Source of the DNA: Bdellovibrionales bacterium
GTDB taxonomy: Bacteria > Bdellovibrionota > Bdellovibrionia > Bdellovibrionales > UBA1609
Direction of reading: 5' to 3'
NCBI GenBank assembly: GCA_965204055.1
Contig: OZ241967.1
Location: forward strand, 1,318,737 to 1,382,736
DNA: 64,000 bases
Position 1 is the first letter of the stretch. Each line of letters begins with the position of its first letter. Shown piece after piece: positions 57,927 to 64,000 of the stretch. The translations under genes were made by a program, and so were the position numbers. The notes below the pieces were generated by a model, which saw only the letters and a list, made by a program, of their open reading frames with translations, searched no databases and was not told the origin of the DNA.

Positions 57927-59207
57927 ATGTTAACACAAAAATTAAACCCTATAGCTGATAATCAACATTATGGCTTTTTGAGGTGGTCGGAAGACTTACA
58001 CACAAAGCAAAGAGAAATCTCATCTTTTGTCAGTATAGGCAGAGATAAGGAAAACATCATTGTCATGGAGGATGGTTTTACCTCTCGCAAACATTGCCGA
58101 ATCCAAAAAAAAGAACCCGAAGGCTTTATATTACAAGACATGAATAGTAGAAATGGCACCTTTCTCAATGGCACCCGAGTATTTAAAGCTATTTTAAAAA
58201 ACAATGATCGTATTTTAATAGGTAAAAAGGAATTTATTTTTTCCTTTGAAAAATTTGACAACCATTGGAATATTCACACAAAAAGCAAAAACCTGGAGTG
58301 GAACAAACAGTTGGAAAACCTTCCCAATATAGCCAGAAATAATATGCCTGTTCTTATCACTGGACCTTCCGGCACAGGAAAAGAAATGTTAGCACAGCTG
58401 ATCCACCGCTATTCTTATAGAAGTAAAGGACCTATGATTTCCATTAATTGTAGTGCTCTTTCAGAATCCCTTATTGAAAGTGAGTTTTTTGGACATGTTA
58501 GAGGAAGCTACACGGGAGCACTTACAGATCGACCAGGAGCTTTTATGTCCGCTAAAAGAGGCTCTTTGTTTTTAGATGAAATTGGCGATCTCCCTTTGCA
58601 CCTGCAACCTAAACTACTCCGTGCCCTGGAGTATCAGGAAATTAAACCGGTGGGATCAGACAAGGTAAAAAAAACGGATGTTCGTATTATTTCAGCCACC
58701 CATCAGGATTTAAAAGCAAAAGTGGCGCAAAAAACATTTCGCGCCGATCTCTATTTCCGACTTCATGTGCTTAGCCTATCTCCCCCTCATTTAAAAGACA
58801 GAATGGAGGATTTTGATGATCTTTTGCAGTTTTTGTGTAACGAATACAATATCTCTTTTTCAGAAGAAGCTATTTATACTTTAAAAAGGTATTCCTGGCC
58901 GGGCAATATTAGAGAGCTAAAAAACACAGTCGCCAGAGCTAAAGCCTTGTTTTCTGGAAACATAATTTCAACAGAGCATATACCTCAACTTATCTATGCT
59001 CCTCTTTTCTCATTAGACAAACAAGAAAATATTTCTAAAGAACTACGAGTACCAACGATAAAGAAAGTAGAAAAAGATCTTATTGTGAAAGCCATGACTC
59101 TTTACCTTGGCAATCAGAAAAAAGTATCGAAAGAATTAAAAATAGCGCAAAGCACCCTCTGCGAACGGATTAAAAAATATAAAATAAACCCAAAGGATTA
59201 CAAATAA
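57927..59207 (+). CDS. sigma-54-dependent transcriptional activator with an N-terminal FHA domain
   Basis: FHA: VSIGRDKENIIVMEDGFTSRKHCRI...NSRNGTFLNG. AAA+: LITGPSGTGKEMLA, GSLFLDEIGDL, ESEFFGHVRGSYTGA. C-terminal Fis-type HTH. Confidence 0.9.
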   Translation: MLTQKLNPIADNQHYGFLRWSEDLHTKQREISSFVSIGRDKENIIVMEDGFTSRKHCRIQKKEPEGFILQDMNSRNGTFLNGTRVFKAILKNNDRILIGKKEFIFSFEKFDNHWNIHTKSKNLEWNKQLENLPNIARNNMPVLITGPSGTGKEMLAQLIHRYSYRSKGPMISINCSALSESLIESEFFGHVRGSYTGALTDRPGAFMSAKRGSLFLDEIGDLPLHLQPKLLRALEYQEIKPVGSDKVKKTDVRIISATHQDLKAKVAQKTFRADLYFRLHVLSLSPPHLKDRMEDFDDLLQFLCNEYNISFSEEAIYTLKRYSWPGNIRELKNTVARAKALFSGNIISTEHIPQLIYAPLFSLDKQENISKELRVPTIKKVEKDLIVKAMTLYLGNQKKVSKELKIAQSTLCERIKKYKINPKDYK

Positions 59208-59226
59208 GAACTAACGGGTGAATATT

Positions 59227-59374
59227 TAGTCGGTCGTGATAAACCCTGTTCATCTCCAACTGTAAAGCCAAGTACTTGGCTTTACAGTCCCGCCTTGAGC
59301 GGGAATCTCGCCTGTTTTAGGACAAAGTAAGCCCTGTTTACTGTGTTGCAATACACTTTTTCACGGGTGAATAT
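59227..59374. mobile_element. MITE copy B (inverted relative to copy A)
   Basis: The sequence is the near-exact reverse complement of 57674-57820. Confidence 0.7.
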
Positions 59375-59398
59375 TTAGTTTTTTTATTATTTACTTAT

Positions 59399-60097
59399 TT
59401 AAGATCTAGTGACCCTAAGAGCTTGATCCGGCTGGCTCCTGAGCTTGTAATCCATTACACATATAAGTTGCCTATTTTTTATGTAACAACTATAATCAGA
59501 AACATGAGATCTATTCTTATACACAGAAAAATCCATTCCAGCCACTGCAATCATACCAGATAAAATATTATCCTTATCTTTCTCCGGTAAATAAATTGTC
59601 AAATCTTCCTGACTATCAGAAAGCCGAGCTTTTAATATTGTTCTTGTTCCGGTAACAGCTGACACAAAATGAACCACCTTTGGAGAACGCACATACAAAT
59701 AACGAACATCCCCCTCTGAATTATCCGAAATATTTCCTGAATCCACTAATCTGAGCTTTTTGGTTTCTGGTTCCTCCAGAAATACCTTAAAATTAAACTG
59801 ACTACTTGATAAACTATACCTGTTATTTTCCTCAGACCAAACATAAGTATCTGTCACACGGGCTGATAATAAAGATATAGAATCCCGCACTTCCCCTTCA
59901 TTTAGAGCAGAATCACCAGCGGATCCAGAACCTACTCCTAAAGTAGAGGAAACAACCGCAGGAGTTTCTGATTTGCGAGATCCATCTAAGGCATAAGACA
60001 CAACCGAATAGGCCAATAAAGAACTTAAATAAAAAAGAAAAAATAATAAATCTTTCACTGTCTCTAAAAGTATGAATGAAGAATTAAATAATGTCAA
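59399..60097 (-). CDS. secreted/membrane-anchored protein, unknown function
   Basis: TTG start, hydrophobic N-terminus, no recognised domain. Confidence 0.45.
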   Translation of the reverse strand: MTLFNSSFILLETVKDLLFFLFYLSSLLAYSVVSYALDGSRKSETPAVVSSTLGVGSGSAGDSALNEGEVRDSISLLSARVTDTYVWSEENNRYSLSSSQFNFKVFLEEPETKKLRLVDSGNISDNSEGDVRYLYVRSPKVVHFVSAVTGTRTILKARLSDSQEDLTIYLPEKDKDNILSGMIAVAGMDFSVYKNRSHVSDYSCYIKNRQLICVMDYKLRSQPDQALRVTRS

Positions 60098-60488
60098 TAC
60101 CCCTGTTCGGTTTTTTATAAAATTTAATTAATAAAAAAAATATTTTTTCCCGACTCAAGTCAAAATGAACTTAGAAAAGGAAAAAGAAAAACCCTATTAT
60201 TTTTTTACAGAAATGAAAATAAACTGAGTGATTTTAATAGTTTATATTAAATGACCCAGAGATTCAGAGTGGCTTTTCTAAAGAAAATAAAGGCCGTTTT
60301 TAAGAAATACCTGACCTACCCCACAAACAACAAGGTATAGAAAAAACAAATAGAAATCCTAAAATATTATAGTTAAAATCTATACCCCCAAAGGGCTGAA
60401 AGCCAAATTGTTGGCCTTCAGTATCCATGATATTTTCCACAAACTGGCAATATACCGCTCTATCGCTCACCACTACCCTCATAGCGGG

Positions 60489-62456
60489 TTATTTTACATC
60501 TTTAAAGTCTACATCAATAACATCATCATCTTTACTTTTAGAACCTTTTTTCTTTGTTTCATTCGCTCCACCAGAAGAGGTATTAGAGTGGCCCTCAGTA
60601 GAAGAAGAGGCAGACTCCGCGTTTCCTTCTGCGTCTCCTTCCGCATCTCCTCCCTTAGAAGCGGAATAAACGGCGGCCCCTAACTCTCCCAGAATAATAT
60701 TGAGATTGTTGGCTGACTCTTTAAAATCCTGTGCTGTCGCAAATGTTTTTTTTGAGCACTCTTTTCCTGCAACAGCCGCTTTGTTTGCTTTCTCTATCAA
60801 GTCTTTCGGCAACAAGGTTTTGTTCTCAGATATTAGTTTTTCCACCCGATAAATCAAATTATCTAATTTATTTTTCTCATTAATATCCTCCTTCTTTCTC
60901 TTGTCTTCTTCCGCATGCTGTTCCGCTAAATCCACCATTTTTTTAATTTCATCTTCTGTTAAACCGGGCTTATCAATTTTAATAGATTGCTCCTTTCCTG
61001 TGCCTTTATCCCTGGCAGATACATTCATTGTGCCGTCTACATCTATTTTAAAAATGACTTCAATCTTAGGCACACCACGAGGTGCAGGCGGAATATTGAT
61101 TAACTCAAACTCCCCCAACAACTTGTTATCTCGAGCCATCTCTCTTTCTCCCTGAAATACGCGAATATTCACTCCAGGCTGATTATCCTCCGCTGTAGAA
61201 AATATTTGTGATTTTTCAGTAGGAATAGTCGTGTTTCTTTTGATTAAACGAGTCATTACCCCACCCAGGGTTTCTATACCCAAAGACAAAGGAGTAACAT
61301 CTAAAAGCAAAATATCCTTCACCTCTTCTGTAAACACACCTGCTTGCACCGCAGCTCCCAGAGCCACCACTTCATCTGGATTAACAGACTTATTAGCCTC
61401 TTTTCCAAAAAAGTCTTTTATGGCATTTTGAACAGCCGGAATACGAGTGGTGCCCCCCACCAAAATCACCTCATCAATATCGCTTAATTCAAAGTTGCCA
61501 TCAGCTAAAGCGGCCTTGCATGGTTCTATAGATCGCTGGACCAAGTCCGCCGTAAGTTGCTCAAACAAGGCTCTGTTTAACTTCATATCCAGGTGTTTAG
61601 GCCCGCTGGCAGTAGCGGTAATAAACGGTAGGTTAATATGCGTTTCCTGCACAGAGCTTAATTCCACTTTTGCCTTTTCCGCGTGCTCTCTTAAACGTTG
61701 TAAGGCAATTTTATCTTTGGAGAGATCTATGCCTGAAGATTTTTTAAATTCCTCAATCATCCAATTCATAACAGCTATGTCAAAATCATCTCCCCCCAGG
61801 AAAGTATCTCCGTTGGTGGATTTTACCTCAATCACATCCTCTGCCACTTCTAAAATGGAAATATCAAAAGTACCTCCTCCAAAATCATACACAGCTATTT
61901 TTTTATTTACCTTCTTGTCCATTCCGTAAAACAAAGCCGCGGCAGTTGGCTCATTGATAACCCGCTTCACCTCAAATCCGGCAATTCGGCCAGCGTCCTT
62001 CGTGGCCTGCCTTTGCGAAATGTTGAAATAAGCAGGCACAGTAATAACCGCCTCTGACACTGTTTGCCCCAAGTATTCTTCTGCTGTCTCTTTTAACTTG
62101 GCCAAAATAAAACTACCCGCCTCCTCACAAGTGTAAATTTTATCATTCACTTTAAAGCCACAATCCCCGTTCTTGGTTTTCACAACCTTATAAGGCACTT
62201 TGCCAATCTCTTCACGCATATCCTCAAACTTTCTTCCAATAAATCTCTTAGAAGAAAATATAGTAGATTCTGGATGAATAACCGCTTGCCTTTTAGCCAG
62301 CTGACCCACCAACTTTTCTCCATTTTTGTTCCAACCAATAACAGAAGGGGTTGTGCGATTTCCCTCTGCATTAGCTATCACTTTAGGCTTGCCTGCCTCA
62401 ATAACCGCCACAACAGAATTGGTTGTTCCTAAGTCAATACCAACAATTTTTCCCAT
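60489..62456 (-). CDS. dnaK: molecular chaperone DnaK (Hsp70)
   Basis: [17 protein letters not shown] and [11 protein letters not shown] over the full length (655 aa). Confidence 0.98.
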   Translation of the reverse strand: MGKIVGIDLGTTNSVVAVIEAGKPKVIANAEGNRTTPSVIGWNKNGEKLVGQLAKRQAVIHPESTIFSSKRFIGRKFEDMREEIGKVPYKVVKTKNGDCGFKVNDKIYTCEEAGSFILAKLKETAEEYLGQTVSEAVITVPAYFNISQRQATKDAGRIAGFEVKRVINEPTAAALFYGMDKKVNKKIAVYDFGGGTFDISILEVAEDVIEVKSTNGDTFLGGDDFDIAVMNWMIEEFKKSSGIDLSKDKIALQRLREHAEKAKVELSSVQETHINLPFITATASGPKHLDMKLNRALFEQLTADLVQRSIEPCKAALADGNFELSDIDEVILVGGTTRIPAVQNAIKDFFGKEANKSVNPDEVVALGAAVQAGVFTEEVKDILLLDVTPLSLGIETLGGVMTRLIKRNTTIPTEKSQIFSTAEDNQPGVNIRVFQGEREMARDNKLLGEFELINIPPAPRGVPKIEVIFKIDVDGTMNVSARDKGTGKEQSIKIDKPGLTEDEIKKMVDLAEQHAEEDKRKKEDINEKNKLDNLIYRVEKLISENKTLLPKDLIEKANKAAVAGKECSKKTFATAQDFKESANNLNIILGELGAAVYSASKGGDAEGDAEGNAESASSSTEGHSNTSSGGANETKKKGSKSKDDDVIDVDFKDVK

Positions 62457-62524
62457 AATAAAACTCCTTTGTTTGTTTGTTTGTTTGTTTATTTAGTTTT
62501 ATACTCAAAAAACCAACACTAATC

Positions 62525-62649
62525 TAGTCAGTCGTGAAAAACCCTGTTCGCCCTCACTGTCATTCCCGCCTTGAGCGGGAATCTTGCCTGTTTTAGGGCA
62601 AAGTAAACCCTGTTTACTGTGTTGAAATACACTTTTTCACGGACGACTA
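62525..62649. mobile_element. MITE copy C (short form) between dnaJ and dnaK
   Basis: agtcagtcgtgaaaaa ... tttttcacggacgact inverted repeats and the attcccgccttgagcgggaat hairpin. Flanked by AATCT on both sides. Confidence 0.75.
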
Positions 62650-63750
62650 ATCTAAAATACACTCCCCTTTTATTTTGGCAATCTCTCTTAACCTTTCCTC
62701 TTCTTTTCTCTTCAGCTTCCCTGGTATTTTTATCTGCACCTGATACAATAAGTTTCCCCTTTTTTTACTGTTCAGCTCTGGCAAACCTTCCCCTTTTAAA
62801 GTTATAAAGTCACCATGTTGAACACCTTTTGGCACTACTATTTCTTTTTTCCCCTGTAGAGAATAAACCTCCGCTTTCGTTCCCAAAAGGGCCTGGAGAT
62901 AGGATACAACCACTTTTCCTATTAAATTAGCCCCCTCGCGCCTTAATCGAAGATCCTCTTTAACAATAATTTGCACATATAGATCTCCGGGCTGTCCGCC
63001 ATAGTGCCCCGATTCCCCTTTTTGGCTCAGCCTGAGGTGCGCCCCTGTATCCACCCCGGCGGGAATAGGCACTGAAATTTTTTCTTTTTTCTTTTTTCTC
63101 CCTTTTCCAAAACACACTCCACAAGGAGAGTTAATCACAGTCCCCATACCTTGACAGGTTGGACAAGTAGAGGAAAAAGAAAAAAAACCTTGCCGGCGCG
63201 TTAATCTTCCTAATCCTTTGCATTCCACACAGTTTTTTCTCTTTGTTCCTGGGCGCGCTCCCGAACCTTTACAAGTTTCGCAACTTTTTTCCACTTCGTA
63301 ACTAATAGTTTTGTCCACTCCTTTTAACGCATCTAAGAGAGAAATCTCCATACGATAACGCAAGTCAGAACCTCTAATAGAGTTTCTCGTATCCCCTGCG
63401 GAAGCAAATCCCTGATCTCCAAAAAAAGAGCTAAACCCCCGGCCAAAAAAATCTCCTCCTTCAAAAACATCCCGAAAAGAGGAAAAAATATCCCGCATAT
63501 CCTGAAAACCCGCCTGTCCAAAGCGAGAATTTACCCCAGCATGACCAAATTGATCATATTGTGCCCGCTTTTTAGCGTCTCCCAGTATCTCATAAGCGGT
63601 TGCGGCTTCTTTAAATTTCTCTTCCGCCGCTTTGTCTCCTCGATTCCGATCGGGGTGATATTTTAAAGCCAGCTTTCGAAAAGCTTTTTTAATATCTTCC
63701 TGAGAACAGTCACGAGGAACAGACAATATACCGTAATAATCTTTATCCAT
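62647..63750 (-). CDS. dnaJ: co-chaperone DnaJ (Hsp40)
   Basis: J domain (YYGILSV...HPDRN), G/F region and four CxxCxGxG zinc-finger repeats. Confidence 0.97.
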   Translation of the reverse strand: MDKDYYGILSVPRDCSQEDIKKAFRKLALKYHPDRNRGDKAAEEKFKEAATAYEILGDAKKRAQYDQFGHAGVNSRFGQAGFQDMRDIFSSFRDVFEGGDFFGRGFSSFFGDQGFASAGDTRNSIRGSDLRYRMEISLLDALKGVDKTISYEVEKSCETCKGSGARPGTKRKNCVECKGLGRLTRRQGFFSFSSTCPTCQGMGTVINSPCGVCFGKGRKKKKEKISVPIPAGVDTGAHLRLSQKGESGHYGGQPGDLYVQIIVKEDLRLRREGANLIGKVVVSYLQALLGTKAEVYSLQGKKEIVVPKGVQHGDFITLKGEGLPELNSKKRGNLLYQVQIKIPGKLKRKEEERLREIAKIKGECILD

Positions 63751-64000
63751 GTATCACCCATTGATCTATCACAATTCCAAACTTGGCACACACAGGGACA
63801 TATTTATCCATACATCACCCACGATCTATTACCAACCACACAAAGTGCGCTATTTCAAAAAGCTAACTCCAAAACATCACATTCAAACTTTTATTATCAA
63901 CCACACAAAGCACACATCTTCAAAATAATCAAACATACTTATTCAGGTCCCACTATGCAAAGGTTAGGTAAATCAAAATCGCATAATATACAAAAAACAT

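Overview
AT-rich bacterial chromosomal segment; I cannot name the organism from sequence alone. Most genes lie on the minus strand and the window is littered with mobile-element debris.

Housekeeping anchors:
- A 23S-5S rRNA pair at about 52.1-55.5 kb (minus strand) with no 16S gene next to it.
- dnaJ and dnaK at 60.5-63.8 kb.
- An FHA/sigma-54 activator.

The rest is accessory:
1. A type I R-M locus at 1.0-8.9 kb. It carries hsdM, a full hsdS and a half-size hsdS, with an RloC-like anticodon nuclease and a TIR-domain gene embedded. No hsdR is visible.
2. An IS graveyard holding an IS1634-family remnant, an intact IS5-family element plus an internal-deletion copy, an IS3-family element plus end fragments, and a 125-180 bp MITE family.
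3. Three tandem paralogous cassettes for secreted HExxH (zincin-like) proteins at 13-19.8 kb.
4. A C20 homopolymer tract upstream of a small secreted-protein operon.
5. A PIF1-type helicase, an ankyrin-repeat protein and an Rpn/YhgA-like nuclease.
6. Two methyltransferases (one paired with an HNH nuclease) and a HEPN/MNT pair.

The most unusual locus is at 27.9-34.1 kb. A HipA-type kinase gene is translationally coupled to a 1711-aa protein. That protein fuses a HipA-N-subdomain-like (HipS-like) module, an XRE helix-turn-helix, an Mrr-like nuclease motif, a STAND-type P-loop NTPase and about 1100 aa of helical repeats.

All domain calls come from motif recognition by eye. No database search was run.
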